A DNA stretch of 64,000 nt, from positions 6,961-70,960 of the forward strand of contig CAMDBI010000015.1 in NCBI GenBank assembly GCA_945889005.1. Direction: 5' to 3'. Of the stretch, positions 40,146 to 50,312 are shown piece by piece. The position numbers were made by a program, and so were the translations under genes. The notes beneath the pieces were generated by a model. It ran no database searches, was not told the DNA's origin, and worked only from the letters and a program-made list of their open reading frames with translations. The stretch is from Bacteroides fragilis. Its GTDB lineage: Bacteria > Bacteroidota > Bacteroidia > Bacteroidales > DTGW01. Within the stretch, counting starts at the first letter, position 1; each line of letters begins with the position of its first letter.

Positions 40146-42182
40146 TTACTCAACTTGTTTGAGCTTAATTACAAAGCCTCCACCAGAAGCCATTTTCATA
40201 TTAAGCACTGTAATTTTATCGGCATTACGAGATTCTTTAACGAGTTTTCGAGCATCGATATTACAATCGGGTGCATCTTTCCAAATCTCGGCCTCATACA
40301 ATCTGTTGTATTCGAGAAAATTTAACTTAATATCGATTGTGCGCTCGGTCCAATTGGTCATGCCAGCCAAATACCAATCGGAGCCCGAACGGCGGGCAAC
40401 TACAATGTATTGACCTATTTCGCCATCGACAAACCGAGTATCGTCCCAGGTAGTAGGTACCATTTTCAGAAAATCGGTGCCAGGTTGGTTTCGGTAATTA
40501 AACGGAGCATCGCACATAACCTGTAAAGCACTCTCGTAAATTACCATCATAGCCAGTTGAAAGCAACGTGTTCCCATTACCTGTGGAGCAGGTGCATCGA
40601 AACCAACCACTTTGAAACTATCTTTCGTAGAATTAAGAAATCCTCCAGGGGTAAAATCCATTTCACCTCCCAACATTCGGGTATAAGGCAAAGTAACACA
40701 ATGCTCTGGGGTAACAAATTTGCTCCATTTATTAAATTCGTTACCCAAAACACCTTCGCGAGTAATCATGTTGGGGTATACGCGACTATAACCGGTTGGC
40801 ATCATTGCCCCATGGAAGTCGACTAATAGTCGGTGCTTCGCAGCCCTGTCGGCTACTTTATGATAAAAATTGACCATTGCCTGATCGTTACGGTTCATGT
40901 AATCGATCTTTACACCTGCGACACCCCATTTCTCATATAACGAGAATGCTTCTTCCATTTGTTTTTCGGCATGTTTCCAATGCATCCAAAGAATAATTCC
41001 AACATCCTTTGACTTCGCATAGCGAACAAGTTCGGGAATATCTATTTCGGGGTTCGATTTGGTTATATCGCTATTGGGATTTGGTGCTTTTTGTACTTTT
41101 GATGTTGTATCGAACGGATTGCCATACCACATACAATCGACAATTTGATATTGCCAGTTCATTTCCGCAGCCAGATCGATATAATGCTTCATGGTTTCGG
41201 TATTTGATCCTACCTTAAAATTTACTTCTGGTGCATATTTCCCACTCCACCACCAATCCCATGCAGCTTTCCCGGGCTTTATCCACGTGGGGTCTACAAT
41301 CATAGAACTGCTACATAAATTTTGTAAAATATCGGATTCGATAAACTTTCCAGGATTTTCGGCCAACATAAGTACCCGCCAGGGCGAATAACGTGGAGCA
41401 TTTGTAATTACGGCAAGGCTTGAATCGGAATAAAGTGGTGACAACTTCGAGTAAAAATTATAAGCCTTTGAAGTGTCTCGTTTAATGCACATTGCAGCCC
41501 AATTCGATAACGAGGCCTCCATCATTGCTCCCCACCGGTTTTCGCCAAAGTTTATTAAAAGTGGTGTACCCAAAAGATCGTTATTCTTAATATCGCTAAT
41601 TTTATATTGCAAAAATGGGCTTTCCTGTGCTTGTTCAAATGTATGCCACTTTGTAGCCCAAATTTCGTGATTGGCATTGAAATTCCAAACCGTATTTTCA
41701 TTCACTATATTGATTTTCAGCAACGATTCCTGATAAGGAAGATAATATTGCATCGCTATACCATCGTTGTACAACCTAAAAACCAGGTTTATATTCCTTC
41801 TCAATCGTGTTTTTTCTTTGTATCGAGCTGTAATTTCTGTAAAATTATCTTTTACTGTTTTTCTTTTGCCCCAAACACGTTCCCAGCTTTCGTTTTCTTC
41901 AAAAGAGTTCCAGTATATAAATTCTAAACTATCGAAAATACTTGGCGAATCTTTAAAATCGAGCGAAAAACTAGCACTATCGACAATGTTTTTTTTCTTG
42001 AAATCTATCGAATAATAAATTTTCCCTGCTATACTGTCAGTTTTATGAACTCTTAAACAAATCCTTTTGTCGGGCGAATAAACTACAGCTTCTTCGATAG
42101 AAAACAATTGCGGAGAAATCAAAAACAAAAATAATATCCAAATATTACGCATAATCCAATAGTTTTTAAAACCAAATGCCAA
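40146..42182 (-). CDS. Glycoside hydrolase family 97 protein
   Basis: SPWR, WIKPGK, GVKIDY, DFHG, TREGV, MDFTPG. Confidence 0.93.
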   Translation of the reverse strand: MAFGFKNYWIMRNIWILFLFLISPQLFSIEEAVVYSPDKRICLRVHKTDSIAGKIYYSIDFKKKNIVDSASFSLDFKDSPSIFDSLEFIYWNSFEENESWERVWGKRKTVKDNFTEITARYKEKTRLRRNINLVFRLYNDGIAMQYYLPYQESLLKINIVNENTVWNFNANHEIWATKWHTFEQAQESPFLQYKISDIKNNDLLGTPLLINFGENRWGAMMEASLSNWAAMCIKRDTSKAYNFYSKLSPLYSDSSLAVITNAPRYSPWRVLMLAENPGKFIESDILQNLCSSSMIVDPTWIKPGKAAWDWWWSGKYAPEVNFKVGSNTETMKHYIDLAAEMNWQYQIVDCMWYGNPFDTTSKVQKAPNPNSDITKSNPEIDIPELVRYAKSKDVGIILWMHWKHAEKQMEEAFSLYEKWGVAGVKIDYMNRNDQAMVNFYHKVADRAAKHRLLVDFHGAMMPTGYSRVYPNMITREGVLGNEFNKWSKFVTPEHCVTLPYTRMLGGEMDFTPGGFLNSTKDSFKVVGFDAPAPQVMGTRCFQLAMMVIYESALQVMCDAPFNYRNQPGTDFLKMVPTTWDDTRFVDGEIGQYIVVARRSGSDWYLAGMTNWTERTIDIKLNFLEYNRLYEAEIWKDAPDCNIDARKLVKESRNADKITVLNMKMASGGGFVIKLKQVE

Positions 42183-42260
42183 ATGTATAAAAAGATTGAG
42201 ATATAATTTGAAAGGTCAATATCTGTTTTTTTCTAAATTTGTATTTTAATACTATTTCTT

Positions 42261-43127
42261 ATGTCAAAACATTTTTACATAGTAACTGTAATCATTACTA
42301 TTTTAAACACCACTGCTTATAGTCAGAAAATTGCGCCGAGCCTTACCAATCTTATAGTCTTAAATAATAAAATAACGAATGAAATTGAAGAAACTTCCGG
42401 ATTAATTCTATTCGACAATATGCTATGGACATTCAACGATAGTGGCGGTGAGGCATGTTTATTTGCACTTAATAGATACAGTCATGCTATTGAAAGGAAA
42501 GTGTATATCGACAATGCCCAAAATATAGACTGGGAGGATATTACACAAGACGATAATTTCATATATATTGGAGATGTTGGCGACAACAAAGGAGCTCGTC
42601 AGGAACTACACATTTACAAAGTCAATAAAGAATATTTGCTCGACAAATCAAATAAAAAAGTTTCTTCCGAACTAATCACTTTCTCGTACAACGACAAACG
42701 TAAACCTCTGAAATTGAGCAATTCTGCTTACGATTGCGAAGCCATAATTGCATCGAACGATAGTATATTTTTATTTACCAAGAACTGGGTACATTCCAAA
42801 AGCGACATTTATGGTTTTCCTACAAAACAAGGAAAATATTCAATTGAAAGAATAAAACGTATCGATAGCGAAGGTTTAATTACAGGAGCCTGTATATCGC
42901 CCGACAAACAATATGTTTTTTTAATTGCCTATGCCGATTACACGCCTTATATGCTTTGTTTAGATTACTCGAACTTTAAAATCATTGGTCGGTATGAATA
43001 TCCTCAATATGCAGGATACCAAACCGAGGCTGTTTGCTTTGCCGGAAAAGATACTATATTGATAAGTTCCGAAAAAACTGCCGTAAAACCTATTTCAATT
43101 TTAAGAACTATAATTGAAAATAAATAA
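42261..43127 (+). CDS. Exported beta-propeller-like hypothetical protein
   Basis: ETSGL, NDSG, DWEDI, IGDVGDN, DCEA motifs. Confidence 0.7.
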   Translation: MSKHFYIVTVIITILNTTAYSQKIAPSLTNLIVLNNKITNEIEETSGLILFDNMLWTFNDSGGEACLFALNRYSHAIERKVYIDNAQNIDWEDITQDDNFIYIGDVGDNKGARQELHIYKVNKEYLLDKSNKKVSSELITFSYNDKRKPLKLSNSAYDCEAIIASNDSIFLFTKNWVHSKSDIYGFPTKQGKYSIERIKRIDSEGLITGACISPDKQYVFLIAYADYTPYMLCLDYSNFKIIGRYEYPQYAGYQTEAVCFAGKDTILISSEKTAVKPISILRTIIENK

Positions 43128-43131
43128 TATG

Positions 43132-44253
43132 CTATGTTGTTTTACGGTATTGGGTTACAGCCAATGTCATTACTACAATACCAAAAACAAACATAGAAAT
43201 TATCTCAGTTTTTATATCCATAAACGACGACCCTTTGAGCAGTATCATTCGTACACATTTCATAAAATAAAATACGGGGTTTAACAAATCGACGTATTGC
43301 CCCCATTTGGGCATGGTTTCGACCGAAGTAAAAATGCCACTCATCATTACACATACCATCATTACAAAAAATGTAATAAACATGGCTTGTTGCTGGGTGT
43401 TGGTTACAGTTGAGATTAACAATCCCAAGCCCAAAACTATTACAAGATATATGCCTGCTGCCAAATACAGCAAAGGTAAACTTCCTACTATAGGAATATC
43501 GTAAACCAATTTTCCAAAGCCTAAGCCTAAACTAAATTCGATCAATGCCAAAATCCAGAAAGGGACTAATTTGCCAATAATAAATTCATATTTTCTAATT
43601 GGCGTAACATTTATTTGTTCAATGGTCCCCATCTCCTTCTCTCGTACAAGATTCAATGCAGCCAAAAACATTCCTATCATGGTTACCAAAATAACCAATA
43701 TTGCCGGCACCATATACGACGTATAATTTAGCTCGGTATTGTACCAAAATGCCGGTATAACAGATATTCTCTGTTGCTGAATACTTGTAATGCTTTTACC
43801 CAAATGCTCTACTACAATATCCTTGTTGAAATCCAAGATAATATTGGCTAAGTAGGCTGCCGAAATAGCAGCGGTTGTACCATTTATTGCATTGACCGAT
43901 AGTTGAACCTTGGCACTATTGTCGCGTACAAGCTGACGTTCGAAATTGTTGGGAATATTGACAATCAAGTCTATTTCCCCATTGTCGAGCAATCGAAGGG
44001 CTTCGTTGTAGCTACTAACCTGATATTCTACTTTATAAAAATTGGTTCCTTCGAATTTCTCAATCATTTTTCGTGATGTAGCCGACAAGTCTAAATCCAC
44101 AACAGCCATCTTTAAGTGTTTGATTTCCAATGTTGCAGCATTTACAATTATGATGAGTTGAACAATTGGTACAACAAATAAAATTGGAATTGAAATTTTA
44201 TTTCTAAAAATTTGCAAAAATTCTTTTCTAATAATTGTAAGTATTGTTCTCAT
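43132..44253 (-). CDS. ABC-2 transporter permease (YbhR-like)
   Basis: REKEMGTIEQINVTP; start corrected to ATG 44253. Confidence 0.92.
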   Translation of the reverse strand: MRTILTIIRKEFLQIFRNKISIPILFVVPIVQLIIIVNAATLEIKHLKMAVVDLDLSATSRKMIEKFEGTNFYKVEYQVSSYNEALRLLDNGEIDLIVNIPNNFERQLVRDNSAKVQLSVNAINGTTAAISAAYLANIILDFNKDIVVEHLGKSITSIQQQRISVIPAFWYNTELNYTSYMVPAILVILVTMIGMFLAALNLVREKEMGTIEQINVTPIRKYEFIIGKLVPFWILALIEFSLGLGFGKLVYDIPIVGSLPLLYLAAGIYLVIVLGLGLLISTVTNTQQQAMFITFFVMMVCVMMSGIFTSVETMPKWGQYVDLLNPVFYFMKCVRMILLKGSSFMDIKTEIISMFVFGIVVMTLAVTQYRKTT

Positions 44254-44265
44254 TTGTAAATTAAT

Positions 44266-44326
44266 TGACAGTGAACAGTGAACAGTGAACAGTGGAAATT
44301 TTTCCACATTTTCACATTTGCACATT
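44266..44326. repeat. 7-bp (ACAGTGA) and 8-bp (TTNCACAT) tandem arrays between permease genes
   Basis: GACAGTGAACAGTGAACAGTGAACAGTGG then TTTCCACATTTTCACATTTGCACATT. Confidence 0.85.
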
Positions 44327-44329
44327 AAT

Positions 44330-45436
44330 TTATTCAAGTCTGGTTTTAAACTTTTTGGAACTTGCTACCAACAGAAACAAAGTTACAAAAGCCAATACCA
44401 ATGTTTGCTTCCATACATAAGCGAAACCTAAGCCCTTTTCCATTATGGTTTTCAATATATCGATAAAATAGGTCGACGGATTGATGCGGCACACCACCTG
44501 AAGCCAAATAGGCATATTGTCGATGGGAAAAATAAAACCCGAAAGCAACAGGGTTGGCAACATAAGCGCCAACATCGAAATCATCATGGCATTTTGCTGT
44601 GTATCGTTGTTGGTCGATATAAAAATACCCAGCGACAATGCCAAAAGGATAAACAACAAAGCTTCGCCTAGCAATAGCAACAAACTTCCTTTTATGGGCA
44701 ATTCAAAAACAAAATTGGCCAAAACAATAATGATAACAGCATCTAAAAACGCCAATAAAATATACGGAATAACTTTACCTACAATTATTTGCAAAGGTTT
44801 AAGTGGCGAAACAAGCAGAACCTCCATGGTTCCCATTTCTTTTTCGCGAACAATAGAAACCGATGTCATTAGAGCCGAAATTAGAACTAGCACCAATGCC
44901 ATAATGCCGGGAACAAACATAAAAACTCCTTTCATATCGGGGTTGTACATCATTCTAACTTCCGGTACAATCCGCATGACCTGACCTACCGATGAATTCA
45001 TTGAAGCACTATAATTGTTGATAATATTGGAAGTATAGCCGGTCACAATGTTGGCAAAATTAGCATCCGAAGCATCGGCAATAATATGAACACTTGCTTT
45101 GCCTTCTTTTAAAAGTTTTTGAGCGAAATCGGGTTCAAACACCACTACCTCCTTTACACTGCCATTTTTAAAATAGGCTTGGATCTCCTTCTCTGAGTTT
45201 AAATACGCTTTTATTTTGAAATAGCCCGATGACGAGAGTTTCGATGTTATTTGCTTTGTCACATCGTCTTTCGACATATCAAGAATGGCAATATTGGCAT
45301 CTTTAATTTCGTTGGTTATTACATATCCAAAAATAAGCATCATTGCCAAAGGCATACCAAACAGCACAAACAAAGTTCGCTTGTCGCGAAATATGTGATA
45401 ACACTCCTTTATTACAAAACCTTTAAAAGCATTCAT
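44330..45436 (-). CDS. ABC-2 transporter permease (YbhS-like)
   Basis: VREKEMGTMEVLLVSP, LLSGFIFPI. Confidence 0.92.
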   Translation of the reverse strand: MNAFKGFVIKECYHIFRDKRTLFVLFGMPLAMMLIFGYVITNEIKDANIAILDMSKDDVTKQITSKLSSSGYFKIKAYLNSEKEIQAYFKNGSVKEVVVFEPDFAQKLLKEGKASVHIIADASDANFANIVTGYTSNIINNYSASMNSSVGQVMRIVPEVRMMYNPDMKGVFMFVPGIMALVLVLISALMTSVSIVREKEMGTMEVLLVSPLKPLQIIVGKVIPYILLAFLDAVIIIVLANFVFELPIKGSLLLLLGEALLFILLALSLGIFISTNNDTQQNAMMISMLALMLPTLLLSGFIFPIDNMPIWLQVVCRINPSTYFIDILKTIMEKGLGFAYVWKQTLVLAFVTLFLLVASSKKFKTRLE

Positions 45437-45540
45437 ATCTTATTAATTTGAAAATTTCGAATGAGCAAATTTGAAAATGAAAACCCACACATCACTTCAT
45501 TAGAACCTTTAATAATATTGCAATCCAAAATTTTAATAAA

Positions 45541-45581
45541 TTTGCACATTTCCACATTTGACATTTTCACATTTCCACATT
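45541..45581. repeat. 8-bp tandem array at a stop codon
   Basis: TTTGCACATTTCCACATTTGACATTTTCACATTTCCACATT; first 20 bp identical to 17071-17090. Confidence 0.85.
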
Positions 45582-46311
45582 ATTTCCCACGAGCCAAAAT
45601 ATAAAACACCTCATCCATATTTGCAGCGTTAAACTGCTGTTTTAGCCCATCTGGCGTATCGAGAGCCGCAATGCGCCCATCGACCATAATCGACACTCGG
45701 TTACAATACTCGGCCTCGTCCATATAATGCGTAGTTACAAACACTGTAATACCATCGTTTGCTGCATCGTATATTAGATTCCAAAATTGCCGACGGGTAA
45801 TGGGGTCGACCCCTCCGGTTGGTTCGTCGAGAAAAACAATTTTGGGTCGGTGAAAAACTGCAATCGAAAAAGCCAACTTTTGTTTCCAGCCAAGCGGAAT
45901 ATCCTGAATAAGCATATTACGTTCGTTTCCCAAACCGAGTTTATCGAACAATTGAATGGCTCTTTGTTTAATTTCTGCTCTTCTCATTCCATAAATACCT
46001 GCATAAAACTGAATATTTTCATAAACAGTCAAATCGCCATAGAGCGAAAACTTTTGGCTCATATAACCAATGTTTCTCTTAATACTCTCGGTTTGAGTAT
46101 GAGCATCGAAACCGGCAACCTTTACCAAACCAGAGCTTGGAGAAGACAAACCACAAAGAATCTTTATCGCGGTTGTTTTCCCCGCACCATTGGCCCCTAA
46201 AAACCCAAAAATTTCTCCTTGAAAAACATCGAATGTCAAATGATCGTTGGCTGTGAAATCGCCAAATCGCTTGACTAAATCTTTTACTTCTATAATTTTC
46301 TCACTGTTCAT
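45580..46311 (-). CDS. ABC transporter ATP-binding protein
   Basis: GANGAGKT, FLDEPTGG; start at ATG 46311 overlapping the upstream stop. Confidence 0.93.
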   Translation of the reverse strand: MNSEKIIEVKDLVKRFGDFTANDHLTFDVFQGEIFGFLGANGAGKTTAIKILCGLSSPSSGLVKVAGFDAHTQTESIKRNIGYMSQKFSLYGDLTVYENIQFYAGIYGMRRAEIKQRAIQLFDKLGLGNERNMLIQDIPLGWKQKLAFSIAVFHRPKIVFLDEPTGGVDPITRRQFWNLIYDAANDGITVFVTTHYMDEAEYCNRVSIMVDGRIAALDTPDGLKQQFNAANMDEVFYILARGK

Positions 46312-47225
46312 GATAGCTTCATTAATTTCATGAAACAATCTTCGATGCACGGAGTCTCCAGATGCATCTCGACATCGGTATGTCCAGCTTTTTCGACTTC
46401 TTTCAAAACAATATCGGACGAAATACCTGGCAAAAGGGTTATATGAACAAATTGCCCAAATAAAAACACGCTGTTGCAAAGTCCACTCGAATTCAGATCG
46501 TTCATAAGCTTATACATGTTTTTTGAACGAATAGCCCATAAATCTTCTCCAAAGTGATCGACCACTTCCTTAGGAGTTTCAATTGTCATTATTGAACCAT
46601 TTTGCATCAATGCCACTCGATCGCAGAGACTTGCCTCATCCATGTAAGGTGTAGAAACAACAATTGTAATCCCTTGCTCTTTAATGGAACTTAACATCTG
46701 CCAAAATTCCTTTCGCGATACAGCATCGACACCTGTTGTAGGCTCGTCGAGTACCAATATTTTCGGACGATGAATAAGAGCGCACGAAAGCGCCAGCTTC
46801 TGCTTCATACCTCCCGATAAAGCTCCGGCTTTACGTGTTTTAAATGGCTCAATGTGTTGGTATATGTCTTTTATAAGGTCGTAATTCTTTTCAATGGTAG
46901 TTCCAAAAATGGTTGCAAAAAAGTTCAGGTTCTCTTCGACGCTCAAATCCTGATAAAGCGAAAAACGTCCGGGCATATATCCCAACATATTCCGAAGTTT
47001 TTTAAAGTCCTTGACTGTATCCAATCCATCGACAGTCAATGTACCCTTTGTTGGCACCAACAATGTAATAATCAACCTAAACAATGTTGTTTTTCCGGCT
47101 CCATCGGGACCTATAAAGCCAAACAACTCATTTTCATTAATATTACACGTAATATTTTTCAAAGCATTCGTCTTTTCGAAGCTTTTCGAAACATTGTCTA
47201 TCAATATTTTAGTATTTGCTGACAT
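46308..47225 (-). CDS. ABC transporter ATP-binding protein
   Basis: GPDGAGKT, LSGGMKQK, LDEPT. Confidence 0.94.
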   Translation of the reverse strand: MSANTKILIDNVSKSFEKTNALKNITCNINENELFGFIGPDGAGKTTLFRLIITLLVPTKGTLTVDGLDTVKDFKKLRNMLGYMPGRFSLYQDLSVEENLNFFATIFGTTIEKNYDLIKDIYQHIEPFKTRKAGALSGGMKQKLALSCALIHRPKILVLDEPTTGVDAVSRKEFWQMLSSIKEQGITIVVSTPYMDEASLCDRVALMQNGSIMTIETPKEVVDHFGEDLWAIRSKNMYKLMNDLNSSGLCNSVFLFGQFVHITLLPGISSDIVLKEVEKAGHTDVEMHLETPCIEDCFMKLMKLS

Positions 47226-47240
47226 TCTTTACGTACTCTA

Positions 47241-48128
47241 TTAAAATTTCACTTCTCCAGGCATCCCTATTTTCATAGTACCATCGTTGACAACATCTAC
47301 TTTCATTGCATACACAAGGTTTACACGTTCTTCGCGTGTTTGAATTATTTTTGGAGTAAATTCCGATTGCTCCGAAATCCAACTGATAGTCCCTTCATAT
47401 TCTTTGATTTCATCGTTACCGGCATCGACTCTCACTTTAACCTTTTGACCCAATTTTACTTGACCCAACTGGCTACCCGAAATATAAACCTTGAGCTTGA
47501 TTACACTCAAATCTGCAAGTTTATAGATGGCTTTGCCCGGACTGGCAATTTCGCCTGCCTCAATATATTTTTCAAGAACTGTACCGGCTGATGGATTGCT
47601 TATTACAGATTTCTTTATTTGATCGTTTATTTGATAAACCTGAAATGTAAGAGCCTTAAGCTCGTTCGACAAACTGAAATTTTGTGTTTTTGTAGATGCA
47701 ATTTGTTTTTCGATTACCGACAATTGACCATTGATATCGTCGAGTTGCTTTACAGGTGCAGCATTTTGTTGTACCAGCTTTTCGAATCGTTCCTTTTCTT
47801 TCAAAAGAGTTTGTTTCTGCTCTTGTTGAACAGCTATTTGCGCATCTATTTGACTATAACGAGCTGTTGCAGCATCTTTTTGAGCCAATAATTGTTCTTT
47901 TTTTAAATATAAACCCAATGTATCTATAAACCCAACTACTTCGCCAGCTTTCAATACCTGTCCCTCACTAATTGTAAGATTCAGCACTTTGCCTTGCGCT
48001 TCAGCACCAATAAGTAAGTCTAAAGCTTCGAAATTGCCAAAAGCATCGGAGTCACTTTTATTTCCGCCACAAGAAATTAACAAAAATGCTGTAATTATTA
48101 GTAAAAAATGTGTTTTCATATTGTTCAA
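47241..48128 (-). CDS. HlyD-family membrane fusion lipoprotein
   Basis: Lipobox LISC, coiled coil, EFTPKIIQT, KIGMPG. Confidence 0.92.
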   Translation of the reverse strand: MNNMKTHFLLIITAFLLISCGGNKSDSDAFGNFEALDLLIGAEAQGKVLNLTISEGQVLKAGEVVGFIDTLGLYLKKEQLLAQKDAATARYSQIDAQIAVQQEQKQTLLKEKERFEKLVQQNAAPVKQLDDINGQLSVIEKQIASTKTQNFSLSNELKALTFQVYQINDQIKKSVISNPSAGTVLEKYIEAGEIASPGKAIYKLADLSVIKLKVYISGSQLGQVKLGQKVKVRVDAGNDEIKEYEGTISWISEQSEFTPKIIQTREERVNLVYAMKVDVVNDGTMKIGMPGEVKF

Positions 48129-48147
48129 TATTAAATTTCAATAATGT

Positions 48148-49422
48148 TTAGTTCCCTTTTAAAATCTTCAAATCGCACCTAGCTTGCAGAAGCTGTATTT
48201 TATGCACTTCGCCTTGAATTTTTGCAATTGTTTCGGCACTTACAGAGTTGAGATATTCGGTAGTGGTAATTAAACCTTGATCTAGACGAAGCGAGTTCTT
48301 CGAAACAATTTCTTTATGCAATTCAATTATTTGACCATCAGACACTACAGCACTTTCGAGTTGTTCAATTTTTGAACGGTAGTTTTCTTCGGCAATTTTA
48401 ATATTTCGTACGAATTGCGTTTCTTTCGAAGATATTTGTTCTTTTTGAAGTCCCAACACTTGTTTGTCTCTGTTGGTTTTATTCCAATCCCAAATATTCC
48501 ATTTGAGCGAAACACCTACAATATAAAATGTATTGAATTCGTTGCCCAACATATTGAGTCCGGGTTTCCCGTATCCAAGCTGACCAAAAGTATACAACTT
48601 AGGTACTCGTTGGGTTTGCAAAAGTTGCTTCGACAGATCGGTTGTTTTTCGTTGACTTTCGAACAACAAGAGCTCTGAACGCGACAATGAATCATTTACG
48701 TCATTAATTGAATCGGGCAATACCAATTGAACCGAGGTATCGAGTTTGAGTCCTGTGATTTCAGCCAACACATTAACATTGGCTGTATAAGCAATCTGAA
48801 GCTCTTTAATTTGTTGCTTTATTTTCATAAGCTCAACATCGATAAGTCTTAAATCGTTCTCATTGAGCAAACCATTTGCTACGCCCGATTCGATCGACTT
48901 GCGCTTTTCCAATAGATTATTGACTGTAGTTTGCAACAAGTGCTCGTTTTGTTTCAATATAAGCATATAGAAATATACCTGATTGACCTGCTCTTTTCCT
49001 TTATGGATATCGACTTCAGTTTGTAGAACGTCTGTTTGAGTCGACAATTCGGCTATTTGTTTTTGCACCTTCACTGTTCCCCCGTCGAACAATAGTTGGC
49101 TAACATCGACAGTTGCTTTGTACTGGTCTTTATCGGTTTGAATACGTTTGAAAGTCGGTGCTTGATTGGGCAAACTAATCGGAATACTCAGATCAATTGC
49201 ATCGGACTGATAGTTGGCTTGTCCGTTAAGGAAAAGCTGAGGAAGCCATTGTATTCCGGCATTTTCAACTTTTAATTTGTTTATTTGTTGAATTCGCAAT
49301 TGGTCACTATATGAAGGATGTCTTTCTCTTGCACCTATATAGCAATCGGCCAAAGTAACTTTTTGATTTTGTGCTTGCAGACTGAGCTGCAACATTAACA
49401 ATGCATAAATAATTCGTCTCAT
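48148..49422 (-). CDS. TolC-family outer membrane efflux protein
   Basis: Signal peptide; QLLFDGG and WNIWDW outer-membrane efflux repeats. Confidence 0.9.
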   Translation of the reverse strand: MRRIIYALLMLQLSLQAQNQKVTLADCYIGARERHPSYSDQLRIQQINKLKVENAGIQWLPQLFLNGQANYQSDAIDLSIPISLPNQAPTFKRIQTDKDQYKATVDVSQLLFDGGTVKVQKQIAELSTQTDVLQTEVDIHKGKEQVNQVYFYMLILKQNEHLLQTTVNNLLEKRKSIESGVANGLLNENDLRLIDVELMKIKQQIKELQIAYTANVNVLAEITGLKLDTSVQLVLPDSINDVNDSLSRSELLLFESQRKTTDLSKQLLQTQRVPKLYTFGQLGYGKPGLNMLGNEFNTFYIVGVSLKWNIWDWNKTNRDKQVLGLQKEQISSKETQFVRNIKIAEENYRSKIEQLESAVVSDGQIIELHKEIVSKNSLRLDQGLITTTEYLNSVSAETIAKIQGEVHKIQLLQARCDLKILKGN

Positions 49423-50051
49423 CGTTTTTCAATTGAATGGATGATAAATTTATAAACCTCCTTTTTGCGCGATTCGATAAAATCGTTGTATCGCGCCTTG
49501 TCGCCTTCGAATATAATGGTTTGTATAATTGGCCTTGCAATAAATGGAAACAGGCACATTGCTATCATATTTACAATTAATTGCTCAGGTTCTATAGGAT
49601 TAATAACGCCTTTCTCAACTTCATCGTTGATTAATTTTGAAAACTTCTTAAAGGGATTGTCTTTCTTATCAAAAATCTTTTTAAAAATATTTGCAATATT
49701 ATCGGGGTTTCGGTTTATTTCAGTTAAAACAAAAAATGGGATGTATGGATTCTTTTGAATAAGGCTAATGTAATTTTCAACAAAATATTCGATTTTCTGA
49801 AACAACGACATTTCAGATTCCATAAATTTAACCATAGAAGGAATGGCTTGTTTCATAACCAACTCAAAAATAGATGCAAATAACTTCTCCTTTGTCCGAT
49901 AGTAATAATGCAAAAGTGCCTTATTGATACCCGCACGATCCGAGATGTCCTGCATCCGAGCTCCTTCAAAACCTTTTTCAATAAATACCTCGCGAGCAGC
50001 ATCAAATATGAGCTCCTCGGTATTTTTTTCGTTATCCGTTACTTTAACCAT
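49419..50051 (-). CDS. TetR/AcrR-family regulator
   Basis: GFEGARMQDISDRAGINKALLHYYYRTKEKL helix-turn-helix; ATG at 50051. Confidence 0.94.
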   Translation of the reverse strand: MVKVTDNEKNTEELIFDAAREVFIEKGFEGARMQDISDRAGINKALLHYYYRTKEKLFASIFELVMKQAIPSMVKFMESEMSLFQKIEYFVENYISLIQKNPYIPFFVLTEINRNPDNIANIFKKIFDKKDNPFKKFSKLINDEVEKGVINPIEPEQLIVNMIAMCLFPFIARPIIQTIIFEGDKARYNDFIESRKKEVYKFIIHSIEKR

Positions 50052-50156
50052 ACAGTTAAACAAATTGATTTAATCTGAAAGCAAAAATAAGTTAACTTAT
50101 TTATTTATCCAAATTTTTTAACTACATAATTTAACTAATTAGTTAAATTATGTAGT
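50043..50156. promoter_or_regulatory. Candidate TetR operators TTTAAC-N6-GTTAAA
   Basis: One copy over the start codon (50043-50060) and one at the core of a perfect 36-bp palindrome (50121-50156). Confidence 0.7.
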
Positions 50157-50312
50157 ATTGATTATATTAATATTATATAAATAGTTATGAAATATTTTAC
50201 ATTATTCGTTATAAAGATTGGCTATAAAAAAATTGAAAATACTAGAATTGAAAAATAAAAATAAAAGCTATATTTGCTTAATATATAATTAAACTCTCAT
50301 ACTTCCAATAAA

